DNA of 64,000 bases from Octopus sinensis (lineage: Eukaryota): assembly GCF_006345805.1 (NCBI RefSeq), contig NC_043004.1, positions 23,374,001 to 23,438,000 on the forward strand. Reading direction: 5' to 3'. The translations under genes and the position numbers were made by a program. Positions 26,401 through 40,444 of this stretch are shown here, piece by piece. Position 1 is the stretch's first letter. The number at the start of each line of letters is the position of its first letter. Below the pieces are notes generated by a model, which was not told where the DNA came from, ran no database searches, and worked only from the letters and a program-made list of their open reading frames with translations.

Positions 26401-29400
26401 TAGAAATAACTACAGGGGTATTAAACTGTTGGATCAGGTGATGAAGGTCACAGAGAGGGTCATAACCCATCTCATTAGGGAGAGAATTTGCTTAGATGAG
26501 ATGCAGTTCGGTTTTGTGCCGGGTAGAAGCACCACTGATGGTATATTCCTGGTCCGACAACTGCAGGAGAAGTACCTAGCTAAAGATGAACCCCTCTACA
26601 TAGCTTTTGTGGACTTGGAGAAAGCCTTTGACAGGGTCCCCCGATCCCTTATCTGGTGGTCGATGCGGAAACTGGAGATTGACGAATGGCTAATAAAGGC
26701 TGTACAGGCTCTATACAGAGAGGCTGTCAGCAAGGTTAGGATTGGCAACAAATATAATGAAGAATTCCGGGTAGAAGTAGGTGTACACCAAGGCTCAGCC
26801 CTCAGTCCCCTTTTATTCATCATAGTCCTCCAGGCAATAACAGAGGAATTCAAAACAGGTTTCCCCTGGGAGCTCCTCTATGCTGATGACCTGGCTCTCA
26901 TAGCAGAATCACTACTGGAACTAGAAAAGAAATTTTGGGTGTGGAAGCAAGGGTTAGAATCAAAGGGCCTTAGAGTAAATGTATCAAAGACCAAAGCTAT
27001 AGTAAGCAGAAAGGCGAACCTAGCACACACCCCCTCGGGCAGGTGGCCCTGCTCGATCTTTAGGAAAGGTGTAGGTAGAAACTCCATAAGATGCACCCAG
27101 TGTAAGCTATGTACGCATAAAAGGAGCAGCAACATCAAAGGGAAATTAACTGATAAGATAGCTTTCATGTGCGGCAGATGCACAAGGACAATAGACACCA
27201 CAGATACTCAGAAAACAATTTCCATCACACTCCAGGGGGAGAAACTAGAAGTAGTTGATAGTTTCCGCTACCTGGGTGACCAAGTTAGTAGTGGAGGTGG
27301 ATGCTCAGAGAGTGTCACCACTAGAATACGAATAGCCTGGGCAAAGTTCAGAAAGCTCCTACCCCTACTGGCGACAAAGGGTCTCTCGCTCAAAGTGAAA
27401 GGTAGATTGTATGACGCATGTGTGCGAACTGCCATGCTTCACGGTAGTGAAACATGGGCTTTGACTGCAGAGGACATGCGTAGACTTGAAAGGAATAAAG
27501 CTAGCATGATCCGCTGGATGTGTAATGTCAGTGTGCGCGCACAACAGAGGGTAAGCACCCTGAGAGAAATGCTGGACATAAGAAGCATCAGATGTGGTGT
27601 GTAAGAGCGACGCTAGCGATGGTATGGTCATGTACAGCGGATGGATGAGGAGAGATGTTTGTGTTTGTCCCCTCCAAAACATCGCTTGACAACCGATGCT
27701 GGTGTGTTTACGTCCTCGTAACTTAGCAGTTCAGCAAAAGAGAGCAATAGAATAAGTACTAGGCTTACAAAGAATAAGTCCTGGGGTCGATTTGCTCGAC
27801 TAAAGGTGGTGCACCAGCATGGCCACAGTCGAATGACTGAAACAAGTAATTGAGTAAAAAAGTATATGTGATAGAATTTATCTCCCTTTATAGAATTGGT
27901 AAACTTTGTATTTTCATTTATTATTATTATTGTTGTTGTTGTTGTTGCATTATAAATTCAGAAGTGATTTTCCAATTGGAGAATAAATTAAATTTAGAAT
28001 AACAAATTTCTCTACATCATATTTTGCTCTTTCTAATATATAAAGAACAATTTCATTCCCTGGCAACGCCGGGTGCCTCTGCTAGTATCTAATAAACTTA
28101 GTATTTTATAGACAATTAATCAACATTAAGCTGATCTGGCCGACGTGGTCCCTTGCTGGTTATTAAAATAAAAAAAAGGTTACGAATATGTTTATAAATA
28201 GTCATGATACACAAAGTTTGAATACCATCTCTGATAAACGATATTTCATTGAAAAGTGTGTGTGTGTGTGTGTGTGTGTGAGTGAGTGATCCAAATTCCG
28301 TCTAGACCAAGCAAGGTTTTGTATTTGTATATCATAACCCTTCTGACAACAGTGCCAGTTATTTAATTAGATTTGTGTTTGTATCTCTGTAACCAAGGTA
28401 ATTTTAATTGGCTAATAATTCATATATTATTTATATAGTAGGTAAAATAAGGATTAACTATGTTTTGGTTTTTATTCGTTTTCTATGTATCCTCAACCAA
28501 GTCACCGCGCACGCCAATTCAACTTTTTAAAGTTACCTTTCATTTCCCGCCTACGCTGTGTCTTATACCGCCTTTCCTCTCTTTGTTGCCTCTCTCTCTT
28601 TCATCTCAATTCTTTCTCCCGTTCGCTCTATTTCTCTTTTGTATCTATCGCTTCCAGTCTTTCTTCCCTATCGCTCCATGACTATCTCTCTCTTTCTCTA
28701 TGTGTATATGTACACACACACCTTCCTCGCCTTTTCTCTAACGCTTGTCTCACACATTTTCTCTCTCTCTCTCTCGCCTCTGTCTGTTACTCTCGCACTT
28801 TTTCATAGATATATATACATACATATATTACTCTCTCTCTTTCTCTCTCAACATGCACTCACCTACTGTCTATGTGTCACTCATCACCACCACACTAACT
28901 ACTGCTGTCCATTATGTCTATTGACATTCCCGCTCAAATAAACCACACAACCAGACACAGTAAATATCGACACTGAAATAGAATATTTCTACCCAAAATC
29001 CAGTTATTATATCACACGAGACTAGTTATGTTTCTATAGTTACAGCCACTTTCTCTAGCTGCCCGCCACCTTCAAAAATATACGCAAATTATATAAAAGG
29101 AAAAATTCAAATAAAAAGTAACTTCAGGTTTAATTAGAGAAACGTAATTTGAACACTAATTATAAAGATGTCAGCGAAACCTATAAATTGCATCGCTATC
29201 GGCCTCGTGACTATTATAACCATTCCACTACCGCAATGGACGGGAAGCGGTGGGAAAACGTAGTGGAATATGCTACAAATGTCCGCTCGTTTTACTAAAA
29301 ACCCCTTTCAGCATTATTAGAAAGATTAGAAAATGTAATTTGTTGCTGTTGCAATATTAATCGACTCTATTCTTCATTTTTTTTTTTCCAATTTCAACAA

Positions 29401-32400
29401 CGTCCATTATTAATTGATTCCAGTTTGTGTGGATATTGTTGGATAAATTCAGCTTTGTCACGTTTAGGTATATATTCTGAATGTGTGTGCTTAGGTGTGT
29501 ACCGCACACAGGGACCTCAGTTGTCTTGAAAATATATGCCGGGCAAACCAACATTTGTTGATTCTTAAGGTGTCTTTCCTGGACCCTATCACATACGTAA
29601 AATTTTAGGCCAATTAAATTTTATATATTCAAATGAAGTCCAGGTGTAAAAAGAAATAAGCTTAAAAAGAATTTATTATATCAAATAAAATAAAAATAAA
29701 ACATGTTTGAATTAAAAAATAGCAAGTAAATTTATTGTCTTTTAGAACTATCTAAATGTATTATATCTCGCATCATTGCTGTCAATAAATAATTTAGCAA
29801 CTTCACACCAAATCTTTTTCATAACATCTTTATGAGCGTGACATAGAATATGATTCAACCTTTGCTGAGTCATGGTCGATCGCAGCCAAGTTTTGAGTCT
29901 ACGCAGTGCTAAAAGATCTTTCAGCTTCACAAGAACTGGTTGGAAACACTAAAAGTAGCTTGAGCAATAGCTCGACATTTGCAAACATGGGATCTAGTCT
30001 TTCTCATTCGCAAAATCAACCCCACTTAATTTCGCTCAGATTGCTTTCACTTTTGGTGTATCGATACATCGATACATGCGACAGATTTCTGGTTGCATTT
30101 CATAGAATATTTTACGATGATCCTTGAGAGATGATCCACTATGATGGTTTCCATAAAAAAGTATTTCGTTCCTTAAAGTAAATTCATCAAGCTCTGGATA
30201 CTGCATGATCACTTCAGCACAAAAATTTCCATTGAGTAAAATATTGCTCAGTTTTTCATCGTCTGCTAAATCCTGTTAAAAAAAAAAACCTTTCAAATTT
30301 GCTATTGCAGTATCCTCCACTACCTGCAAATACTGCAAATCAAACAGAAAAGATCCCTGCATTCTGTAATGATGCAAAACTGTGCAGTGTTGATATTTTA
30401 ACGCATTTCCTTCCTGGTATCTTTTAGGAACTTTTCGTTACCTGGGTAGCTCCAAAGGAGAAATATCGAGTTGATAAATCATTTCTTCTGCTGTATTTAA
30501 CAGCTCCTGAAATTTTTCTTCACTGCGTAGACATTTTTTTTAGCTCCCCCTGCACCAGTTTGATACTATGCAATATGCCATCTATATTGACAGTGGTACT
30601 TTGGATCTTTTCGTTTTGACCGGCAGATTTTAAAAATAATTTCTAGTTAACTAAACACTTTTAAGCTTAGTATACTGGTAGAATGTGTCTATAAAACATG
30701 ACACTGCAAATAATTGTTGTTGACAAACTACGGCAGAAAGTATATTCACCTCAATAGACGTCATTGATTGGTTGAAATTACCGAAATGCAAGAAATTAAA
30801 CAACAAATAGCTTACAAACTACAGAATTTTCTCAAGAAAGCCAAGAGAAAAATATGTTTTATAAACACATTCTACCAGTATACGAAGTTTAAAAGTGCTT
30901 AGTTACAAAAGAATTATTTTTTAAATCTGCCGGTCAAAGCGAAAAGATCCCTTTGTTTTTTTAATTGGGAAAAAGTAGGCGGGGGGGGCAAAAGATGGTT
31001 TATACCCCGCTGCTGAAAAAGTGGGATGGGGGACTTGTCCCTTGTACGCCACTGAAACAAGGCCCTTAGCCGCTGAAACAAGGCCCTTTGCCGCACACCA
31101 ACCGAAGAAAGCAAGGTCATAAATATCAATCTCTTTCGAGTAATGCAACAATTGTGGATGGAATATTATAGCAGACGTTTTGAGATGACAAGGCACACCA
31201 TCACAGCTGTTTAATTATTTCTAACAAAGGCACAAGGCGAGAAATCTTCAGGAGAAGGGTTTAATCGCTGCCATTAATTCCAATACTTTACTGGTACTTT
31301 GTTATATTGACCCCGAAGAGACGAAAGGTTAAGATGACTTATGCAGAATTTTAACTCAGTACGTAAAGTGTCGGTGATAACCCGCCTTTTGGCATTGTGT
31401 AACTCGAACTTCTTTGTTAGAAATCATTGGCTTTACGAACACAAAGTGAAAGTAAAATATTCGACATTGAATGTCAGTGAAATGAAAGTGAATATTATTT
31501 GATCTGTCAGTCTAATGAACGATAAAGTCCGAATGATTCATTATGAACAACTCGAGTGATTTATTGTGAAATGAAAATGATTATGATCTATCTCAATATG
31601 TAAAGCCTTGATGATTTATTACTAACTAGCTGACCCTGTGCCGTCAAAAATGAAGGCTAATTGTAGTATTTTATTTATAAATATGGGTGGTAAATCAAAT
31701 GAATACACTTGCCAATGTTCACTTACTTCCTTTGTACACGCACACACATATACACATATACTTACACAGAGTTGAAACGCTGTTTGATTTTTCTTGTCAG
31801 CGTTGAATGTTCATCCCATCAGTTTGCCATCACCCCTTCCTTCCTTATTCATCTATCACCCCTTTCTTTTTCATTCATATGTTGTGACGGAGAAATACAC
31901 AAGAGTATTATTATTAAAGTAGATACTAAAATATGAAAGCCAAAATATTTCATTTGGAGGATAGTACGAAGATCTAAGCATTGCCGATTATGTACGAAAA
32001 TTTACGAAGATTTGGACGTGTGGTTCACTTCCACTTTGTGGTCTTAAAGCGAAAAGATCCTTCGTTATGTTCCTTGCTTTTCTAAGACAGTAAGATGTAA
32101 TTCGCAGTAGATCTACCTGTTTGGTTTTTGTTGGCGGAGGTAAAGAATACGCACACCGGATCTTTTCGCTTTGACCGGCAGATTTTTAAAATAATTTCTT
32201 TGTAACTAAACACTTTTAAACTTCGTATACTGGTAGAATGTTTTTATAAAACATCTTTTTCTCTTGGCTTTCTTGAGAAAATTCTGTAGTTTGTAAGCTA
32301 TTTGTTGTTTAATTTCTTGCATTTCGGCAATTTCAACCAATTAATGACGTCTATTGAGGTGAATACAATTTCTGCCGTATTTTGTCAATAACAACTGTTA

Positions 32401-35400
32401 TTTATGAGAAAACAGATACCCTGTGGTCATAAACTGAGAGGTCACTCGTAAACAGAGCTGGATAACAAAACTGTTCCCTCTTCAGTGATCACCCATAATT
32501 ATGACCCTAGTATCGATCTATTGCATTTCAATCTGTTTTAGGATTAGGGTGGAGGTGGGGGTGAAGGGTATCTTTTTTTCTTCAGAAATGTAAATAAATC
32601 CAATCTGTTTCTTAAACGAATATATAATATGTAATGTGTGTATCTGTGCAGCAGGGAGGTAAATTAAAACTGCATATGTCGTGAACTTAGAATATGTGTT
32701 TATTAATAAAAGTTTAATAACGATAATCTTTTATTCATACGAACGTAACTGATATGAAATATGTCATAAATAACAGTGACAAATTCATATGACACTGCAA
32801 ATAATTGTTGACGACAAACTACGGCAGAAAGTATATTCACCTCAATAGACGTCATTGATTGGTTGAAATTGCCGAAATGCAAGAAATTAAACAACAAATA
32901 GCTTACAAATTACAGAATTTTCTCAAGAAAGCCAAGAGGAAAAGATGTTTTATAAAAACATTCTACAAGTATACGTAGTTTAAAAGTGTTTAGTTACAAA
33001 GAAATTATTTTAAAAATCTGCCGGTCAAAGTGAAAAGATCCCGCACAGCACCCGTTTTCGGCGTAACAAAACCCTAACCCTAGCCTTAATCCTAAATCCT
33101 AACCCCTAACCCAAACCCTAAACACCGGGTGTGCGTATTCTTTACCTTCGCCGTTTCCTTTGTTGACTCATTCTTGCTGCTATGCTCTATGATGTTTCTA
33201 ACGTTAGTAAAGTTAACATTTTCACATTTGGGGAAAAGATTTCAAGAAAGTTTTCACCGAAAATGTCTTCATTGATGCAGCCTATTGGTTTAGCGTCATC
33301 TTTACACCGTCGGTCATGGGTCCGTGGTCGTTGACATTGAAATACTTTTCAGGTTGGTGCTCATGTGCTGAATGATGCACGCAAATGTAATAAAAAAAAA
33401 AGAAATTTGACTCCATTGAGGTTGCTAACAAAAATATCTGGATAATTTTTGGTGTTTAACAATAAAAATTCTTTTCTTTGATTCCAGGTCAATTTTTTCC
33501 ACACGATAATTTTCAGTTTTTACAAAAACGATGTCTAAATTGGGACAAAACGAGTAATGACTAATTTCAATAATTTCTTCTCTTTAACTGCATTGCATGG
33601 TCATAAATATATCTTGTAGAAAGCCACTCCAACAAATCGTAAAAAAAAAAAAAACCATAGAGAATATTTTATGTAGAGTTTTTAGATTTAGTCAAATTTC
33701 TTTAATTTCATATCATGTGCCATTTTCCATCTTATTTGACCAAGGTAATTGAAATTTTTGTTGCATTTCTGATTCTTCTTAGAATGGATATTTATGTGTA
33801 TGAGTGAGTCTCTTTTCAAATGTAATTCTGGAGAAGTGAAGAACTAAATTTACCATGTCTTACTTATTTTGTCCCAACTAAATTTGTCTTTTATATGCTC
33901 AAAAAAAACGGCGATAACTTTCTGAAATAGTGTTCTGAATATGTTATAGCTTTTTTTTTTTTATGCATTTAGAGAAAGTTTTTCGCTTAGCTGATGTAGC
34001 TAACATTTGTAAAAAAATATATTGAGTCAAAAATGCAGTAAATCTTATTCTTCCACCACCGCCATCCCTGCAATTTTGAAAAAAAAAAAATTCATTTCAA
34101 TTTTGTTACTGATTTTTATTGGTTGTTGTCAATTCTTAATTCCCTCACGATTTTCGTCAGCCATTTTATTTACTTATAACGAAAGAATATTACAATTTTG
34201 TCGGGGCAAAAAAAAAAAAGTAATAAAAACAAAAGAAAAAAAAAACGAATTTTGGCCTTCGAAACGAAATTCAATGAGGCACCCGACAAATTCAATGTCA
34301 CTGTTACATTTGTCATGGCTAACTTCCTACCACACCTCGCTTTTTAAAAAGTAAACTTCCTTGTTAACATGGTTACAAATAGTTCGTCTGTTTGCTTTAC
34401 AGATTACCGAGAGAGGTATCTATATCTCCTCCATTTCGAGGAAGTAATGTGAGTTTTCGACAGCCTCTTCCTTCCGGCTATGCATTTTACAAATATAATG
34501 CTAAACATTCCAAATTTAGCCGGGAATATTTACATAAACAAGTTGAAATTACGAGACAGCCGTATTTTTTTTTTATTCAAGTTGCTAGTTTACCTGTTGA
34601 TATAAGCTTTTTCCTTTTTTTTTCTACCTAATCCCATTGAATCCAATGTCGTTTTTCTTTGATTTATGGCCGAACTAAATGAATTCAAGACTAAATTAAC
34701 AAAAATTTTCTCGGTGTTCTGCGTAGCTCAATAGCAAAATTTACAATTACTTCTAACATCGGACCAAGACTTGGTATACCTACACAAGTGTGCCCCAAAC
34801 CACAACATTATTTCTTTATAACTTTTGGAGGAATGAATATTTTCTAAAATGAAATCTCATAAAAAAAATACCCGTTTTCTGCATGTTATGAGGAAACAAA
34901 GTCCACTCGTGTGAATTATGCGAAACTTCTCTCTCCTACTCTTGAAAAAATTTTAACAACAAAATTGCAATATAATTGCAATGCACACCATTTAAAAGGG
35001 GTTTTGTTTTTCTTTGGTTTCAGTCATTAGACTGCGGCCATGCTGGGGCATCATCTTGAAGTGTCTTAGGTCAAACGAATCACCCCCGTTACATTTTTCA
35101 AGCCTGCTTCTTATTTTCTGGGGTTTTTTCTCTCTAACCGCTACGTTACGGAGATGTAAACAAACCTACACCAGTTGTCAAGCGATGGTAGTTAATAAAA
35201 ACAGACAAACACACACATACACATTTATATATACGATAGAGTACTTTCAGTTTCCCTCTACTGAATCCACTTACAAGGTTTTGGTCAGTCTGAAGCAGCC
35301 GTAGAAGACACCTGCCCTAGGTGCCATGCAGTTGGACTGAACACGAAACCATGTGGTTGGGAAGCAAACTTAAAATGCAACCACACGGAAAATTTCATCA

Positions 35401-38400
35401 AAAGATAGCCAATGTTATGAGTTATGAGGAAACAAAGTCATTGGGGGGGGGTCACTTGTGTAGGTATGTCCAAGACTTCATATTGGGAAATATCTTTCAT
35501 TCCAAAGTTGACCTTCGCAGGATTTGAACTCGTAATATTAAGGGACATAACTAAGTACCACAAGGTATTTTCCTACTACTCTACTGATTACACTAATCCA
35601 CCAAAATTTTGTTTTATTATGTTTTCAGGTTGAAACGATAGGCGATGCCTATATGGTTGCCTCTGGACTTCCAGTGAGGAATGGCAATCTTCATGCCAGA
35701 GAAATAGCAAGAATGTCATTAGCATTACTTAGAAGTGTGCTCTCATTTAAAATTCGACATCGACCAAATGACCAGTTAAAACTTCGAATTGGAATACATA
35801 CTGGTAAGTACATGTAGTCTACATGTTGTGAGTGTTGTCACTGTTATTGTAGCTGCCATTGTCGTTGTTCTGTTTTTGTTGTTGTTTTTTTTAACTCCAG
35901 GTTAAACCCGTATAACAGTTGGATTTGACCCTATGTTTTGCCACACAGAAATCACAAGTTGATCATGTGCACAAACTCAATTTCAGCCCAATCAATGGCT
36001 GTAGTTCGTATGATAGACTGGTGGCATGACTAGAACCTTCTGCGAACAGAGCCTACAAATACAACTCATTTGAGTGTGAAAATCTCATAGTGATTCTGGT
36101 CCTAGTGGTGTTCACTCTCAACACATAACTGTTTTTCACAGCTGCATGTTCAACATGGCATGATAGATGAAAACACGCCACAGCAGGCAACAAGAATATG
36201 TACTGATGTGTAAAAATCAGCGTGACTGTTGAATTTCTGACAGGCTTTTTGCACTTGTCATATATGTCATTTCATCTAAATATTTCTTCTTTTGTATTGC
36301 ATGAACACTTTCTGTAACAATGTAGCAATAAGTTATAATCATATACATAAGACAAGCCTTCTCCCTGACTTGCTAGATCCTAGTCTTGTAGGTCTAGGAT
36401 CACAGATTTTATTATTAATTAATGCCACCATAGTCTACTTTGTCTTTCAAGGTCAATGAAATAAGTACCAGTTAAATACTAGGACCAATATAATCGAAAA
36501 GATCCTTCACTAAAAGTTCAGGCCTTGAACCTACAGTACAAAGGATTATTAGTTTCTCGAAAGATGATTGTAATTATCATAATTAGCTTGCAAATTGTAA
36601 TTTGTGTGAAAAAATGTTAAAAAAAATCATATCATCTGGCTGTGAAACAGAAGAGATCTCTCAGATGTGACCATCCAGCATTTTATTTATAGATGATGTA
36701 TTTGGAACTACATTATCTCATGTATCCTCCTTTGCTGGATAGCCCCAGGTCAGGTCTGACCAAGCAGATCAATGATCAAATGTAATATATTTTTAACTTC
36801 AGTGTTAACTTTGGTCCTAGGTCAACCCTAATTCTGTATATATATGATCAAAGTTGTTTCTGTTGTGGGCATTTTTTAAAATTTAGAAATAGTGTGTATT
36901 TAATGTGTCCTACATAGTTTAATGTAGCTTGAGTAAAATTTGGTTGTTATTTCAACCAAGTTGAGCAACTATACTCTCTTTTACTCTTTTACTAGTTTCA
37001 GTCATTTGACTGCGGCCATGCTGGAGCACCACCTTTAATCGAGCAACTCGCCCCCGAGACTTATTCTTTGTAAGCCCAGTACTTATTCTATCGGTCTCTT
37101 TTGCCGAACTGCTAAGTAACAGGGACATAAACACACCAGCATCGGTTGTCAAGCAATTCTAGGGGGACAAACACAGACACACAAACACACACATATATAT
37201 ATACATATATATGACGAGCTTTTTCAGTTTCCGTCTACCAAATCCACTCACAAGGCTTTGGTCGGCCCAAGGCTATAGTAGAAGACACTTGCCCAAGGTG
37301 CCACGCAGTGGGACTGAACCCGGAACCATGTGGTTCGTAAGCAAGCTACTTAGCACACAGCCACTCCTGCGCCTATGTAGAGGTTTCCTTTGTTAACTCA
37401 AGCATTTTTATCATATTATCCTAGCAATACCTGTTGAAGAATTGCCTCGGACATTGATAGTCATTAAGAATTTTGCCAATGATATTGGCTATTTTCCATC
37501 TAATCTTGCTCAGTATTGGTTTCATTAAATTCGTCGTATTAAGGGATATTTGAATAGCTGCTATAATTGAAACTGAAGAATTCCATGGCATCAACACTAA
37601 AACCTTGCATGATTAAAAATAGCAAAATTCTATTTGATGGCTTTTTGTTGGTATTTTATTTTATTTTTTTAATCTGAAAAGTCAGAGAAAACAAGGTGTA
37701 TGAGAGAGAGAGAGGGGGGGGGACAGGTTTTAATTGATGTGTGTATGTGTGTGTACATACATGTGTATTGCTCATGGCTTTAGTTATGAGGAAGGGACAG
37801 TCACCATGACTTTTCCAGGCCTGGCTGTGAGGTTGGTGACATTGATGGTTCAGTTTTAAAATGTATATATGTTTATGCATGCATATGTGTATATTTATCT
37901 GTACATGTGAAAGTGTATGTATATGCATGTATATATAAGTTTATGTAAATGAATATATGTGTATGTAAGAATGTATGTGAATGGTGATGTGAAAGCACAT
38001 GATCATAAGGTTAGGAGTTTGATTCCCTGTGGAACATTGTGTTCTTGAGCAAGACACTCCATTTCACATTGCTTTAGTCCATTGAGCTGGCAAAAATGAA
38101 CAGTTCCTGTAATTCAAAGGGCCAGCCTTGTCACATTCTAATTTCTTTATTGCCCACAAGGGGCTAAACATAGAGGGGACAAACAAGGACAAAGGGATTA
38201 AGTCAATTACATCAATCCCAGTGCATAACTGGTGCTTAATTTATCAACCCTGAAAGGATGAAAGGCAAAGTCGACTTTGGCGGAATTTGAACTCAGAACG
38301 TAATGGCAGACGAAATACTGCTAAGCATTTCCCTGGCGTGCTAATGTTTCTGCCAACTCACGCCTTATCACATTCTGTGTCATGCTGAACCTTCCTGAGA

Positions 38401-40407
38401 ACTACATTAAGAGTATGCATGTCCGTGGAGTGTTCAGCCACTTGCACATTAATTTCATGAGCAGGCTGTTCCATTGATTGGATCAACTAGAATCTTTGTT
38501 GTCGAAATTGATGGAGTGCCAGTTATGTGAATGGTGATATATATATGTGTGTATAGGTAACCTACTCTTCCATCTACTTGAAACATGTCATACTCAGTCA
38601 CTAACGTACACTAGCATTGTCAAGAGAGAGAGAAAATTACAGATGCATCAAGTTGTTGGAGCAAGTTATGAAAGTTATGGGAAGAATTATTGTAAAATTG
38701 ATTAGAAAGAGAAGTTAGATTGGATGAGATACAGTTTGGTTTTGAACCAGAAATAAATACTACTGATACCATCTTCCTAGTGAGACACCTGCAGAAGTAC
38801 TTAGCTAAGAGTTAGCCACTATACCTGGCATTCTTCATCCTAGAGAAGGCCTTCAACAGAATGCCTTATTCTGTGAGCTAGTGGCTACTAAGAATGCAAA
38901 GCATAGACTAATGGCTTGTGAGGTCCATACCATGCATATATAGAAGCACAGTTAACAAGGTGAGAGTTAGTAATGAGTACAGTAACATAGACATGTAAAA
39001 TTAGTTGTCCATGGGAAATCCTATATACTTATGACTTAGTTCATAGAGCTAAATCAGTAGAAGAATTGAAGAAAAAATTCCAGACCTGGAAGCAAATCAA
39101 AGAATCAAGTATTGGTGGGGGCAAATACACAACATATATTTGCAATGAGCTTCTTCCAGTTTCCATCTACCAAATCCACTCACAAGGCTTTGCTCTGCCT
39201 AAGGCTATAGTAGAAAATACTTACCCAAGGTATCACACAGAAGGATTGAACCCAGAACCATATGGTTGGGAAGCAAACTTCCTACAACACAGCCTCACCT
39301 GCACTTTTTATAAAATAAAATGGTTAAAATTTTCTATTATGAATGTTAAATTAAATTAAGTACTCTATAAACTTGAATCCAAGATAGAACAACTGTGCAC
39401 AGTACCACCCATGAGATTTTAACCATTTATCTGTCCTAATTTAGGTGACTGTGCCAACTCTTGTTCCATAGTAATCAAGTAAGCTGCATCCACTTAAATT
39501 ATTGGCCATAAAAAGTCAATAAATACACCAGCTATGGTGTTTATATTATCTTCTCAGCCACATGAGGTCTCTCATATTTTATAGCACTTAATTCTTGGTT
39601 GTATAAGGCTATATAAAGATCAGCTCATGTTTTATTTCTTATTTATCATAATAACGAAGTTTCCATGTATAAAAATTCTCAATGTTATGATTGTGAAAAG
39701 TGTTAAAAATTTAAATGAAAATTTTTTATTATGAGCATTAAACTAAATTAAATTAGACACTTTATTAATATATATTAGCAACATAAATATTAAGGTATCT
39801 TTTCCTTCTTTTAACTTTTACTTGTTTTAATCACTAGACTGTAGCCTTGCTGGGGCATCACCTTGAAATATTCATTTGAACAAATTAACCCCTGTACTTA
39901 AGCCTAGTACTCACTCTGTAGGTCTCTTTTGACAAAGTTATGGGGAGGTAAACAAACCAGATTGGTTGTCAAGCAGTAGTTGGGGACAAGCAAAACATAA
40001 AGACACTCACACACATATATTATCTATATCTATGTATATATAATACATACATACATACATACATACATATATCATCATCATCATTATCATCATTTAATGT
40101 CTATTTTCCATGCTGGCATGGATTGGAAGGTTTGATCAGAGCTGGTAAGGCCAGGGGCTGCACCAGCCTCCATTGTCTGTTCTGGCATGGTTTCTATGGC
40201 TGGATGCCCTTCCTAATGACAACAACTCCACAGAACGTACTGGGTGCTTTTTATGTGGCACCAGCACCAGTATCAATTCTGCTGTGATGGATGGGTCTTC
40301 TTGAGTCCTACAAAGTGCCAGATGTCTCAGTGTCTTGAGATTGGCCTTCAATACTTTATCCCATGTCTTCCTGGACCTCTCTCTTCTACGAATTCCGTCC
40401 ACTTTAA

Positions 40408-40444
<37 letters not shown>

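Larger units (their letters stand above)
22846..28085 (+). mobile_element. Degenerate Helitron (Rep/helicase N-terminal fragments) with nested insertions
   Basis: A|TCTATA 5' ends at 22846 and 23139; [19 protein letters not shown] (~24970-25030); [43 protein letters not shown] (25431-25745); 3' hairpin ccctggcaacgccggg plus CTAG|T at 28082-28085. Confidence 0.85.

Noticed and set aside
31540-31633. C/D-box snoRNA-like TGATGA...CTGA
   Set aside because: Boxes are too close, there is no terminal stem, and the CTGA belongs to a Helitron end
33075-33122. Interstitial telomere or chromosome-fusion scar
   Set aside because: Short, degenerate, and lying inside a TIR element
34403-34448. Possible cassette exon (tttgctttacag ... 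aat|gtgagt)
   Set aside because: Lengths of 13, 41 or 46 nt are not frame-preserving in a phase-0 intron, and the peptide has no cyclase similarity; could only be a poison exon, with no evidence
11689-35634. AG|GT at the starts of three exons, resembling recursive splice sites
   Set aside because: The GT comes from constrained codons (Val, and the split Lys codon), and the following bases are poor donors
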